A program made the position numbers and the translations under genes. A stretch of DNA of 64,000 nucleotides from Candidatus Thorarchaeota archaeon (GTDB taxonomy: Archaea > Asgardarchaeota > Thorarchaeia > Thorarchaeales > Thorarchaeaceae), in assembly GCA_030669595.1 (NCBI GenBank), contig DAOVDG010000001.1:6047-70046 (forward strand), written 5' to 3'. Every line of letters begins with the position of its first letter. Positions within the stretch are counted from its first letter, which is position 1. Positions 38,304 to 48,311 of the stretch are shown here, piece by piece. Below the pieces are notes generated by a model. It had not been told where the DNA came from and did no database searches. It saw only the letters and a list, made by a program, of their open reading frames with translations.

Positions 38304-39164
38304 ATGTCGAAACCCGACCCAATGAAGACCTACGCGACCCACAAGTGTCGTCTCTTGAGAGTGTACGGCCTTACTGAACACGAGAAGCTCTTCCTGTTTC
38401 GTTTTGATGACTCCGAGATAGCTCAGTCTTGGCGGTTCATGCCTGGTCAGTTTGTAGAGCTCTCCCTCCTTGGCCATGGAGAGGTGCCAATCTCAATCTG
38501 CTCCTCTGCTAGAAGGATGGGGTTCTTTGAGCTCTGCATTCGCAAGGCGGGTCGTGTCACCTCTGAGATTCACAAGCTCAAGCCTGGTGATTTGGTGCGA
38601 ATTCGGGGGCCCTATGGGAATGGCTTCCCAATGGACAGGTTCTATGATAGGGACCTACTCCTTGTAGCTGCTGGACTCGGCATGGCCCCACTCAGGTCGG
38701 TTTTCCTCTACGCACTAGACAACCGCTGGCTGTTTGGCAACATTACGATTATCAACAGCTCGAAGCTGGGCAAGGAGTTGCTTTTTGCAAAAGAGCTGAA
38801 AGCAATGAGGGATATCGCAACAGCTGAGAATATTGAAATCATTCAGACTGCTACTAGAGACCCTGACTGGGGCGGCTTGACGGGCCGCGCACCGATGCAT
38901 CTGGACAAAGTGAATGTTGACCCCACGAAGTGTACGGCCGCGCTTTGCGGGCCGCCTCGCATGTACAAGTCAATGTTCGAACAGATGATTGCACTAGGCT
39001 ATGACCCACGGTACATTTTCGTCAATCTTGAACGTCGCATGAAGTGCGGGGTTGGCAAGTGTGGACACTGCAACATTGGCACAGCCACTTCGTGGAAGTA
39101 TGTCTGCAAAGATGGACCTGTGTTCGATTATTACGACATCATCAGTATTCCGGGGTTGATCTAA
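38304..39164 (+). CDS. hydG: hydrogenase gamma subunit (FAD/NAD(P)-binding ferredoxin-NADP reductase-like with C-terminal 2Fe-2S)
   Basis: FNR-like fold with C-terminal CGVGKCGHCNIG. The stop overlaps the next start as TAATG. Confidence 0.8.
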   Translation: MSKPDPMKTYATHKCRLLRVYGLTEHEKLFLFRFDDSEIAQSWRFMPGQFVELSLLGHGEVPISICSSARRMGFFELCIRKAGRVTSEIHKLKPGDLVRIRGPYGNGFPMDRFYDRDLLLVAAGLGMAPLRSVFLYALDNRWLFGNITIINSSKLGKELLFAKELKAMRDIATAENIEIIQTATRDPDWGGLTGRAPMHLDKVNVDPTKCTAALCGPPRMYKSMFEQMIALGYDPRYIFVNLERRMKCGVGKCGHCNIGTATSWKYVCKDGPVFDYYDIISIPGLI

Positions 39165-40009
39165 TGGAACGCTCGAAGATGATACTCCCCGACCATGAAA
39201 TAATCGAGGAGTGCAGAGATGTCTGCAGAGCCACTGTAGGTGTATACGTCCTCACATCATGCTACGGCTGCCAGCTTGTTATGGCTACGGTCCAGAAGAT
39301 TATGGAGGTGGCAAACCTTGTGGACTTCAAGTGTTTCTATATGGTCTCGAGCAAGAGTTCTCTGCACGAACCAGTAGACATCGCCTTTGTCGAAGGATCG
39401 GTTTCCACTGAAAAAGACCTTGAGGAATTGAAAGAGGTCAGAAAGAATGCAAAGGTGCTGGTCGCCATTGGAGCATGTGCAGTGAACGGCGGTGTCCAGA
39501 GCTGGTCCGAAGGCGACCTTGACTACGATAAACTCTACGCATCAGTCTATGGCAATTCCAAGATCAAGTACAAGGGCTTGCAGGCTGCTCCCATTGATTC
39601 CTACGTAAAGGTCGATTATTATCTTCCCGGTTGTCCTCCAGAAGAAGACGAGATAATGTACTTCTTGAGCACATTTCTCTTCGGTTCGTATCCTGAAGAA
39701 ATCGATTATCCTGTGTGCGCCGAGTGTCGCCTTGCGGGCAATCCGTGCATTCTGATTGAACGAGATGCTCCTTGCCTTGGCCCAATTACTGTGGCTGGGT
39801 GCAAGGCGCGATGTCCAAGCTTTGGTGTTCCTTGCATAGGCTGCAGGGGTCCAGTGCCTCATGACAATTCGTGGTTTGATTCGCTGGCACTTGCATTTAG
39901 GAACAAGGGTTACTCAAAGGATTACATCCGGGAACGTATGAAGATATTCTGCTCCCACGATAAGAATCTCGAAGAGCGACTGGACAAAGCATTCGGGAGG
40001 AAGAAGTGA
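39164..40009 (+). CDS. hydD: NiFe hydrogenase small (delta) subunit
   Basis: Cys motifs CYGCQ, GACAVNGG, CPP and CAECRLAGNPC. The start was moved to the ATG at 39164 (MERSKM), which overlaps the hydG stop. Confidence 0.8.
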   Translation: MERSKMILPDHEIIEECRDVCRATVGVYVLTSCYGCQLVMATVQKIMEVANLVDFKCFYMVSSKSSLHEPVDIAFVEGSVSTEKDLEELKEVRKNAKVLVAIGACAVNGGVQSWSEGDLDYDKLYASVYGNSKIKYKGLQAAPIDSYVKVDYYLPGCPPEEDEIMYFLSTFLFGSYPEEIDYPVCAECRLAGNPCILIERDAPCLGPITVAGCKARCPSFGVPCIGCRGPVPHDNSWFDSLALAFRNKGYSKDYIRERMKIFCSHDKNLEERLDKAFGRKK

Positions 40010-41322
40010 TGCCCAAGAAGAAAATCACACACCCAATCACTGTTGATCATATCGCTCGAATTGAGGGAAAGGCAGGCATAGAGGTCATTCTCGATGGCAA
40101 GAAGGTAGATGTGGTCAACGTCAACGTTTTCGAAGGTCCGCGGTTCTTCGAGGCGATAACAGTTGGGAAACATGTGGAAGAGGCTGTTGCTGTCTTTCCC
40201 CGAGTGTGTTCATTCTGCGCTGCGGCTCACAAAATCACCCCCGTGCTGGCCGCTGAGAACGCTATGGGCTTGGAACCCAGCGAGCAGACTATGAAGATGC
40301 GCGAGCTGTTGTACATTGGCGACTTCATCCAGAGCCACACTCTGCATCTGTTCTTCCTTGCTCTTCCGGATTTTCTTGGCTATCCAGACGTGTTCTCAAT
40401 GCAAGGGACGCACAAAGATGTCCTGAATGCTGCAATCGCTCTCAAGGACATGGGGGCCCACATTCAAGCCGTCATAGGCTCAAGAGCAATCCATCAGGAG
40501 AATGCTTTGATAGGCGGCTTTGGCAAGATCCCTCCGAAGAAATCTTGGGAAACGATGCGGCAAAAGTTGAGGTCTCTCCATCGCGTTGCAGAGGAAGCGC
40601 TGGAGCAGTTTGTGGGCTTTTCTCTTTGGCCTGAAGTCGAAGCTGAGCGAGTACATCTTGCGCTTAAGCCAATCGATGGGACATACATAATGTTTGGAAA
40701 CACTATACAAGCCAGCGATGGTAGCAAGTTCAAGGCCAAAGCATACCAGATGCGCATCAGTGAGAAGGTCGTTCCATACTCCTTTGCGAAACATGGCGTG
40801 TACAACGATCAGCCTTTCATGACTGGGGCGCTATCTAGGTTCACTCTGTTCAACGACGGGCTTTCAGAAAGAGCCAAGCTTCTAGGTCGGACCTATGAGG
40901 AGTATCTCGATGCGAAGAATCCACTGTCTAACAACCTCGCCCAAGCGATAGAGATAGTCCATTACATCCATAGAGCTGAGAGCATAGCAGACGAGCTGGC
41001 CAGTTCTATTAGGCCAAATGAGCGCAGAGTGGATCTTGAGATCACCAAGGCAGCAACTGGTGTTTGTGTTACCGAAGCGCCACGAGGACTGCTGGCATAT
41101 ACTCTGAAAATTGGCAAGAATGGAATAATTAGGGCTGCAAACATTATCACTCCCACTGTCATGTTCCTTCCGATGATGGAGGCCGATCTCAGGCGAATGG
41201 TAGAAGGTCTTCTGGAGCAGGGCATAACCGATTCCAAGACCATAGCACAGAAGCTAGAAACCGTTGTCCGCTCATACGACCCCTGTGTTTCGTGCAGCGT
41301 GCATATGGCCCGTGTCAAGTAG
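40006..41322 (+). CDS. hydA: NiFe hydrogenase large (alpha) subunit
   Basis: N-terminal RVCSFCAAAH (RxCxxCxxxH Ni-Fe ligand motif) and C-terminal DPCVSCSVH (DPCxxCxxH). Confidence 0.9.
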   Translation: MMPKKKITHPITVDHIARIEGKAGIEVILDGKKVDVVNVNVFEGPRFFEAITVGKHVEEAVAVFPRVCSFCAAAHKITPVLAAENAMGLEPSEQTMKMRELLYIGDFIQSHTLHLFFLALPDFLGYPDVFSMQGTHKDVLNAAIALKDMGAHIQAVIGSRAIHQENALIGGFGKIPPKKSWETMRQKLRSLHRVAEEALEQFVGFSLWPEVEAERVHLALKPIDGTYIMFGNTIQASDGSKFKAKAYQMRISEKVVPYSFAKHGVYNDQPFMTGALSRFTLFNDGLSERAKLLGRTYEEYLDAKNPLSNNLAQAIEIVHYIHRAESIADELASSIRPNERRVDLEITKAATGVCVTEAPRGLLAYTLKIGKNGIIRAANIITPTVMFLPMMEADLRRMVEGLLEQGITDSKTIAQKLETVVRSYDPCVSCSVHMARVK

Positions 41323-41482
41323 ATTTGTATACTGTTTACCCGTTGTACTGGGGCCTCTCTAGTATGGTGACCTTATCAGAAAAGGATGCCAAGGTGGGTT
41401 TGATCGGACTCTTCCCCATCCTTATCCCCTTCCGGTAGCTTCTTTCGCCACTTCTTGGCAATCTTTCGGGTGGTGAACGATA

Positions 41483-42406
41483 ATGCAGGCACTAGATCTG
41501 ACTCTTCGCATGGGTCTCTTCTATGTCTTCATTTTGCTTGGATTCACGGTTGCGCAAAAGACCAAGAGGGCAGACCATTTGGCTAAGGTATCAACGTCGT
41601 TGATTATTAATTTCCTTTTGCCAATGCTCATCCTTCAGTCGCTGCTTGCAACCCCTGCAAGCGCCCTCATAGAGTTGCCTGCAGTGATTTTATTGACGTT
41701 GCTGACACATCTGTTGGGTTTCACTATTCTGCTTGTTGTCCTTCGCAGACGTACAGTCAGCAAAGCGAAGAGTGGTGCGCTTCTCCTGTGCGTGACCTTC
41801 AACAACGCAATGTTTCTTCCAATTCCCCTTGTGTTGATGTTCATCGGCGATGCTGGGATAGCGATTGTGACTATCTTTGCGATCATTCAGATGGCACTGT
41901 TCGTTACTCTCGGATCATTCATAGGGGCCACATATGGGGGCGGTGCGCCTGATTTGAAGTCCATTGTGCGGAAGGCAGTTCTGTTCCCCCCTTTCCTTGC
42001 TGCAGGACTAACAGCAATTCTTTTCGCCCTTGGATTCACACTGCCAACGGAATTCACATCAGTGCTTGAATACAATGGCATTGTGACGACCTACTTGGCT
42101 CTGTTTGTCGTTGGACTTGGTGTCGGCACAAGTTTCTCTCTTAGTGGCCTAGGATCCGCGCTCGAGGTCATCTCAATACGTCAGGTGCTTGTACCAGCTG
42201 TTATTGGGGCCGTACTGTTTCTGTCAGACTTCTCCAATCTGACTGCCAGAGTGATTCTCCTGGAGGCCTTGATGCCTCCTGCAGTGCTTACTGTGACTTA
42301 TGCAAATGGGTTCAAACTTGATGCCGAAACTGCAGCAACAACAGTCACAGTGGGAACACTCCTATTCATGCCACTCGTGCTCTTCCTCCCACTCATAATT
42401 GGCTAA
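41483..42406 (+). CDS. auxin efflux carrier (AEC) family permease
   Basis: Ten predicted TM segments. N-terminal LFYVFILLGF and LPMLILQSLL are typical of the AEC/malate-permease family. Confidence 0.7.
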   Translation: MQALDLTLRMGLFYVFILLGFTVAQKTKRADHLAKVSTSLIINFLLPMLILQSLLATPASALIELPAVILLTLLTHLLGFTILLVVLRRRTVSKAKSGALLLCVTFNNAMFLPIPLVLMFIGDAGIAIVTIFAIIQMALFVTLGSFIGATYGGGAPDLKSIVRKAVLFPPFLAAGLTAILFALGFTLPTEFTSVLEYNGIVTTYLALFVVGLGVGTSFSLSGLGSALEVISIRQVLVPAVIGAVLFLSDFSNLTARVILLEALMPPAVLTVTYANGFKLDAETAATTVTVGTLLFMPLVLFLPLIIG

Positions 42407-42475
42407 GCCACATCACATATCCCTTGGATTTCGTCTGTATCTCAAGGGATATATTACTACAACTTCGAGAAGCCA

Positions 42476-42814
42476 TTGTTGGTGACCCGTTTGAGCAAAA
42501 AAGACCCCGAGAAAGACAAGGACCCTGACACCATCAGAAAGTCCTTGAATGACATTGTGCAGAAACTGGGGCACGATAGCAAGGCGAGCAGAAGTTGGGG
42601 GGAATCCATCTATGGTAACAGTGAGGAGTGGGAGAAACTCAAGAAGCAGATTCACGAGCGCCAAAAAGCCCTCAAGACCCTTGTAGTAGAGAAGAAGGCT
42701 GGGACGATTGGTCCCGATGCGTTCGATAGTGCGTTTAGAAAAATACAGGATGAGCTGACCGAACTGGAATTCAAGGTATTCAACATGCGGCTTGGCACAA
42801 ACATTCGAGTATGA
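42476..42814 (+). CDS. hypothetical small soluble protein
   Basis: ORF only; charged, likely coiled-coil. Confidence 0.3.
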   Translation: MLVTRLSKKDPEKDKDPDTIRKSLNDIVQKLGHDSKASRSWGESIYGNSEEWEKLKKQIHERQKALKTLVVEKKAGTIGPDAFDSAFRKIQDELTELEFKVFNMRLGTNIRV

Positions 42815-42820
42815 TTGTTT

Positions 42821-43879
42821 CTACTTGTCCATTTTCGCTCTCTGAACTAATACAAGACCCTCAGCCAGCGCAAGTATACCGAGTATCCCTGCTAGCATCA
42901 CTAGGAACAGATTGAGCGATCCATCAACTGATTCAAGCGCAGTTCCTTCGAGCCCATTATTCAACGCTCCAAGATTATAGGTCATTGTCGCGACATAATC
43001 AGAAAAGCCTGTGAAGAAAACCGCCCGCAGCCATATGAGTTTAGAGCCCGTGTCTTGAGAAAGCTGAATGGCGAATTCACCCCCTGCTTGAAGTCGCGAT
43101 ATATCAGAGGCGAATATCAAATTGATACTCCCGTTCATCAGTGCAGACGATACCTCTAGCAGTTCTCCTCCTGAGATGAAGATGTTCTCTCCTTTGTGAA
43201 GCACAGCTACCACGTCTATACCAAACGCTTCAGCCACGTATGCTTCTGCGGGAAACGTCACCACGGCATGCAGCTCCGAGAAACCATATACATCATTAAG
43301 CTCTGATATTAGGTCCTGAAGCCCCTGCACATCATGGAGGAACCCGTTGAACATATCCTGCCAATAATCCGAGTATGAGGAGCTCAATACCGTAAGAGCG
43401 TCGCGTGTAGCATTGGCGATTGCAATGGCATTCCTTGGTAACAACCAATACCCATGTGGGTTGTCATCATGTTCATGCTCTTGTGCAGTTGTGTAATTGT
43501 TTTTTTCTCCTGGCATTGGCGACAGTTCAGCACCAAACTCTTCAAAGTCTTCAAGGGTAATGTACGGTTTGCTTGTTTGATCAGCCAGCTCTTCCTCCCA
43601 TTTGAAATGCCCTGTAAGAACTAGTAGATCCGCAGAGTTAGCAGCGTCGAGGATTTCCGTTGTTACCTGGAACACGTGAGGCTCAACCCCTTCAGGCAAA
43701 AGGGCCAAGGTTTCCGCTTTGTTTCCTCCAATGTCATCCGCAATGCCAGCCAGTGGTGAGATTGATGCAGCAATCCTCAGTACTGGCTCTTCTTGAGCAG
43801 TTGCGCTGGGTGTTATGCTGATCATAACTAGGGACAGTAATAGGATAGCCATGAGGGTTCTCGCTTGAGTCACTTTCAT
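42821..43879 (-). CDS. metal (Zn/Mn/Ni-type) ABC transporter substrate-binding protein (ZnuA/TroA-like)
   Basis: Signal peptide with an AXA cleavage site. His/acidic loop EHEHDDNPHGYW. Cluster A-1 SBP architecture. Confidence 0.7.
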   Translation of the reverse strand: MKVTQARTLMAILLLSLVMISITPSATAQEEPVLRIAASISPLAGIADDIGGNKAETLALLPEGVEPHVFQVTTEILDAANSADLLVLTGHFKWEEELADQTSKPYITLEDFEEFGAELSPMPGEKNNYTTAQEHEHDDNPHGYWLLPRNAIAIANATRDALTVLSSSYSDYWQDMFNGFLHDVQGLQDLISELNDVYGFSELHAVVTFPAEAYVAEAFGIDVVAVLHKGENIFISGGELLEVSSALMNGSINLIFASDISRLQAGGEFAIQLSQDTGSKLIWLRAVFFTGFSDYVATMTYNLGALNNGLEGTALESVDGSLNLFLVMLAGILGILALAEGLVLVQRAKMDK

Positions 43880-44033
43880 GGTTTCTCACCCGCCGGTAGC
43901 AGTTGGGGATATTATTAACTTCATAGCGTCAAATTATTAAGTGTTTGCAAATGAAATGTCATAGGACGAATGGTTCTCAAGCATTTGAATGCAGATTCTA
44001 GAGGTGTTAATCTTGCCAATCGTGGCTGTTTCC

Positions 44034-44405
44034 ATGTCCAAGTCAGATCTCGTTGCATTAGATGAGCTTCATAACGATGCTGGGTTTCCTAGTCGATCAG
44101 GTGTCATAAGGCACGCGCTCTACGCTCTCCTTGCGGAGCACAAGTCCCTTGAGCAGGCTAAGGGGCAAGTCACTGTAATCATGATTGTTGTCTACGGGGA
44201 GCGGGGTAAGGATGACCAGTGCAACCGCGTGCAGATTAAGTATAGTCCGTTGATAACAGCGACCATGCACGCTCACTCTACGCAAGGCGGGTGTTTCGAG
44301 GTAGTAGTGGCAAATGGCGAAGCTAGCAAATTGCATTCTTTTACCAAAGAGCTGCGAAGCCAGCGACAAGTGACTAGTGTGCAGACGTGTCTAGTGGAGG
44401 CATAG
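44034..44405 (+). CDS. nikR: NikR-family metal-responsive transcriptional regulator (RHH plus C-terminal metal-binding domain)
   Basis: The N-terminus is RHH-like (SRSGVIRHALYALL). The C-terminal domain has the conserved His/Cys pattern (TATMHAHSTQGGCFEVVV). The start was moved to the ATG at 44034. Confidence 0.6.
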   Translation: MSKSDLVALDELHNDAGFPSRSGVIRHALYALLAEHKSLEQAKGQVTVIMIVVYGERGKDDQCNRVQIKYSPLITATMHAHSTQGGCFEVVVANGEASKLHSFTKELRSQRQVTSVQTCLVEA

Positions 44406-44409
44406 CAAG

Positions 44410-45213
44410 ATGGAGCAACAGTTCCTTTTCGAAGTCGAGGACTTGGCAGTGAAGTACCCCAATGGAGAACTGGCTCTCTATAATGTGAACTTCAGTATCA
44501 AGTCACCCACATTCATGGCCATAGTAGGACCAAATGGTTCGGGCAAAAGCACTCTGCTAAAGACATCTTTGGGTCTAATCAAACCCGTTCGAGGACAAGT
44601 GAAGGTCCTTGGTTATGACTCAGTTCGCGAGAACAAGAAGATACGGAAGCTTGTTCGTTACGTACCTCAGCGAGACCGCATTGGGCTTTCTGTGCCTTTG
44701 AAAGTTAAAGACGTTGTATTGATGTCTAGGTTGCTGAAGAAGCCGCCGCCACGGTTCGCATCTTCCAAGGACAATGAAATGGCTCGGGAATCTCTGAAGA
44801 GAGTGAACATGGCAGACCTCTGGGATCGACCCTTTCCTGAGCTCTCAGGTGGGCAACGTCAGAGGGTGTTAGTTGCCAGAGCTCTCGCGGGTGATGGACC
44901 AATCCTGATGTTGGATGAACCTCTCGCTGGGACTGACCATGAGAGCCAAGACATGATTGTGGAGGCGCTCGGTGATTATCGCAGTGAGCACGAAGTGAAC
45001 ATAGTTATGGTCACACACGATCTCAACCCAATTCACACACTAGTCCAAGATGTGCTATTGCTGAAGAATACAGTGGTTGGTGTCGGTACACCTTGTGACA
45101 TGATGGATGTCGATCTTCTGAAGAAAATCTATGGGCCCACAGCGAAAGTGGTCGAGTATGCAGGACACAAATACTGTGTCACGCACGATTCGGGAGTCGA
45201 TCGTCATGATTGA
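44410..45213 (+). CDS. metal ABC transporter ATP-binding protein (ZnuC-like)
   Basis: Walker A GPNGSGKST, signature LSGGQRQRV, Walker B LMLDEP. Confidence 0.85.
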   Translation: MEQQFLFEVEDLAVKYPNGELALYNVNFSIKSPTFMAIVGPNGSGKSTLLKTSLGLIKPVRGQVKVLGYDSVRENKKIRKLVRYVPQRDRIGLSVPLKVKDVVLMSRLLKKPPPRFASSKDNEMARESLKRVNMADLWDRPFPELSGGQRQRVLVARALAGDGPILMLDEPLAGTDHESQDMIVEALGDYRSEHEVNIVMVTHDLNPIHTLVQDVLLLKNTVVGVGTPCDMMDVDLLKKIYGPTAKVVEYAGHKYCVTHDSGVDRHD

Positions 45214-46150
45214 TATCTTAATTGAAGTTCTCTCAATTCCCTTTGTGCAGCGCGCCCTCATAGGTGCCCTATTGATTGCAATAGTTGCCTCTGCAAGCGG
45301 CACATTCCTGGTCTTTCGGGGCCTCTCATTCATGACATCTGGGGTTGCTCATGCTGCACTGGGTGGCGCCGCTCTTGGGCTATTCCTGCAGCACTCTGGT
45401 CTGGTACCTTGGTTTGATCCCATTATTGGAGCGCTGTTGTTTAGTGTATTTGTTGCATTGGTTACTGGATATGCGGGGGAAACTGGCATGACACAGAAGA
45501 TGGAAGTCGCTGTTGGTGTGTCTTTCGCTCTCTCGATGAGCATAGCGGTCTTTTTGATGTATTATATTCCTCCCACGCAAGTGCCGCAGATATGGGGGTA
45601 TCTCATCGGTGATCTCCTTCTGCTTGACAATTTCGATATAGTCCTCTTGGCCATAACAGCCATAGTACTAGTTCTAATTACACTCGTGTTCAACAAGGAG
45701 TTCATCTACGTGAGTGTTGACATGGAGGGATCCATTTGTCACGGCATGAATGCTCGAGCTTACCATTACCTTATGCTCATTACCTCGGCTCTAGCAATCG
45801 CGCTTGCAACCAAAGCGGTGGGCGCAATCTTGGTCTACGCAATTATGGTTGCACCAGCTGCTGCGGCAAGTGAGCTGATAAAATCAATTCGCGGCATTTT
45901 CATTGCTGTTTTCGTCATTGCATTACTGTCTGAGCTGATGGGATTGGTTGCATCCTTTACAGTTAATGCCTCGCCAAGCGCAATCGCAGGAATACTCGCA
46001 GCTTTTTCGTATGTGATAGCAATGCAAATCAAGAAGCTACGAGATCGCGTGAGTATAGACCTAGACCAATTTCCGCAGCACGATGAAGAAGCGACCCTAG
46101 TTCTCCGCGAAGCATTGGACACGAGCGCGCATGAAGGGCATGACCACTAG
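45206..46150 (+). CDS. metal ABC transporter permease (ZnuB-like)
   Basis: Eight to nine TM helices. The start overlaps the ATPase stop. C-terminal His-rich tail (SAHEGHDH). Confidence 0.8.
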   Translation: MIDILIEVLSIPFVQRALIGALLIAIVASASGTFLVFRGLSFMTSGVAHAALGGAALGLFLQHSGLVPWFDPIIGALLFSVFVALVTGYAGETGMTQKMEVAVGVSFALSMSIAVFLMYYIPPTQVPQIWGYLIGDLLLLDNFDIVLLAITAIVLVLITLVFNKEFIYVSVDMEGSICHGMNARAYHYLMLITSALAIALATKAVGAILVYAIMVAPAAAASELIKSIRGIFIAVFVIALLSELMGLVASFTVNASPSAIAGILAAFSYVIAMQIKKLRDRVSIDLDQFPQHDEEATLVLREALDTSAHEGHDH

Positions 46151-46192
46151 AGCGAGTGCTATCTTGTCGGTATCTTTAAGTGGGAACTAGAA

Positions 46193-46621
46193 ATGTCCCC
46201 GAAGCCAAGGTCGGTGTTAGGCACAGTGAGCGACGAGATTGAGAAAAAGGAGTTCGTGCGATCCACGATAATCACGGCAATATTCTCGTTCGTGTTTTTG
46301 ATACTTGGAGTGGCCTTTTGGTATTGGTCTACACCTGAAGTCATCGACACAAGTCCTGTTAACTGGCTATTGGAGATCAATGCCTTCCTGGTTCCGGTGG
46401 TTGAAACCCTGCTCATGGTTGGCTTCTTCATCGCTCTTGTTGTCACAATCATCAATTCCCGATACTACTTCACCGGAATACGGGCCGGTTGGCTTGAGAT
46501 TATTTCTACTCTGATTCTGGTGACGGTAATTTCGTGGGCGATGTTCGAAGTCAACATTAGCATCGCCACTCTTGTAATTTCTATAGGGTTCCTTGTATAC
46601 ATCTACATGCTTCAGGACTGA
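46193..46621 (+). CDS. hypothetical membrane protein (4 TM)
   Basis: ORF with four hydrophobic helices and no motif. Confidence 0.4.
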   Translation: MSPKPRSVLGTVSDEIEKKEFVRSTIITAIFSFVFLILGVAFWYWSTPEVIDTSPVNWLLEINAFLVPVVETLLMVGFFIALVVTIINSRYYFTGIRAGWLEIISTLILVTVISWAMFEVNISIATLVISIGFLVYIYMLQD

Positions 46622-46808
46622 AACTCGCTGGGATTGAATAGCGGAAGTGGCACAACTAGACCAGAAGCTTTATGAATCAATTTCAAAGCTAGCCGTTTGA
46701 GTCTAGTGTACAATAGCCTAGAGCTAGTGTCACTTGGGCAGTCCGATGTGTACTTGCTGGAACTGCCAGGTAGTGCCAATCGCACGAGATTCTGGCTTCC
46801 TGTGAGCA

Positions 46809-47573
46809 ATGCTGGAGACTATTCGGAGGAACATTGTGGTGTTTGGCATTTCTGGTGCTGGGTACGATATGAGTACCAGCATATTCAGTCCCGAAGGTAG
46901 AATCTTTGCGGCCGAATATGCAAAGAAGGCAGTGGAGCAGGGAGCGACCTCTATCGGGATTCTCTGCAATGAAGGTGTAGTGCTGCTTGCTGAAAAAATC
47001 ACGAAGCCGCTGCAGGAGCCAGACAGCGTGGAGAAAATCTCCAAGATAGATGAACACCTAGGGATCGCCACGTCGGGTCTCATGGCTGACGCAAGAAAAC
47101 TGATTGAAAATGCACGGATAAAAGCGCAGTCGTATTGGCTGACCTTTGAAGAACCCGTCCCCGGTGAAGCCGTGGCTGAGTACATATGTGACATCAAAGG
47201 GCAGTTCACGCAGACCGGCGGTGCACGTCCCTATGGCGTTGCAATGATTATTGGCTCGGTTGACCATGATAATTCGCCCAGACTGTTCGTTACCGATCCA
47301 GTAGGCACATTCTGGGGCTTCCTAGCGGCTGTAATTGGCCGGGGGAGCAACAGAGCTGGCGAGTATCTCGAAACGCATTACAAACCCAAGATGAAGATCG
47401 CACAGGCAGTCAATCTTGCTCTAGATACTCTTCGTCAGACTACCGATGCTGAGCTAACTTCCAGGAATGTGGAGATTGCTAAGATTCCTGTAAGCACAGG
47501 GACCTTCTACAAGCTCTCCCACGAGGAAGTAGAAAGCCATCTATCATCCATAGAATCAGAAAAGAAAGCGTAG
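46809..47573 (+). CDS. psmA: proteasome subunit alpha
   Basis: YDMSTSIFSPEGRIFAAEYA matches the archaeal PsmA N-terminus ([20 protein letters not shown]). The start codon is uncertain. Confidence 0.85.
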   Translation: MLETIRRNIVVFGISGAGYDMSTSIFSPEGRIFAAEYAKKAVEQGATSIGILCNEGVVLLAEKITKPLQEPDSVEKISKIDEHLGIATSGLMADARKLIENARIKAQSYWLTFEEPVPGEAVAEYICDIKGQFTQTGGARPYGVAMIIGSVDHDNSPRLFVTDPVGTFWGFLAAVIGRGSNRAGEYLETHYKPKMKIAQAVNLALDTLRQTTDAELTSRNVEIAKIPVSTGTFYKLSHEEVESHLSSIESEKKA

Positions 47574-47591
47574 GAGTTGACCTGACAGTTG

Positions 47592-48311
47592 ATGGGTTCC
47601 AGAAAAAGCGGAGATACATGGCTCGAACTGGATGCCGTTGTTATTGGCATTCAAAGGGAAGGTAACCGTTTCGAGCTGTTTGTTGACCCAGACCTAGCGT
47701 TTGATTACAGACGCGGGGAAGATGTACCCTTGGAGGACATTCTGAAGTCCTACGAAATCTATGATGACGCTAAGCGAGGATCGCACGCCACTGACATTCT
47801 TGTGAAAGATGCTTTTGGTTCAAGTGAGGTCTTCACGGTAGCACCTGAGATTCTCAAGCATGGCGAGTTCAAGTTGACACATGAACAGAGAGTCCAACTT
47901 GTCGAGGAGAAGACCGAAGCAATCATCAAAGACATAGCTAAGAGAGCTATGAACCCCCAGACTGGGCATCCTCATCCACCAGATCGAATTCGGCAAGCGA
48001 TGGAAGAGGCTAAGGTAAGCGTCGACCCCTTCATCAGAGTTGATGAACAGGTTCCACGAGTGGTAAAGGCGCTTCTAGTGATAATACCAATCTCCTTTGA
48101 GAGTGTTAAGCTAAGGATAACGCTTCCCGCCTCGTTTGCTGGCAAGGGGTACAACATCGTGGCAAAAGCTGGAGTCGTTAAATCAGATTCTTGGGGACAG
48201 GATGGTTCATGGACTGGGCTCGTGGAGCTGCCTGCATCTCTTAGACAGGCTCTCTATGATGATTTGAACAAGTTGACAAAAGGACAAACACGAATTGACG
48301 TTGTTAGATGA
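47592..48311 (+). CDS. ribosome maturation protein SBDS/Sdo1
   Basis: SBDS-family collinearity. It occupies the conserved position between psmA and rrp4 in the archaeal superoperon. Confidence 0.8.
   Translation: MGSRKSGDTWLELDAVVIGIQREGNRFELFVDPDLAFDYRRGEDVPLEDILKSYEIYDDAKRGSHATDILVKDAFGSSEVFTVAPEILKHGEFKLTHEQRVQLVEEKTEAIIKDIAKRAMNPQTGHPHPPDRIRQAMEEAKVSVDPFIRVDEQVPRVVKALLVIIPISFESVKLRITLPASFAGKGYNIVAKAGVVKSDSWGQDGSWTGLVELPASLRQALYDDLNKLTKGQTRIDVVR

Noticed and set aside
39044-39163. Extended start for the hydrogenase small subunit, as given by the ORF track
   Set aside because: The extension overlaps the end of hydG in another frame. An ATG at 39164 overlaps the hydG stop as TAATG and gives a sensible N-terminus (MERSKM).
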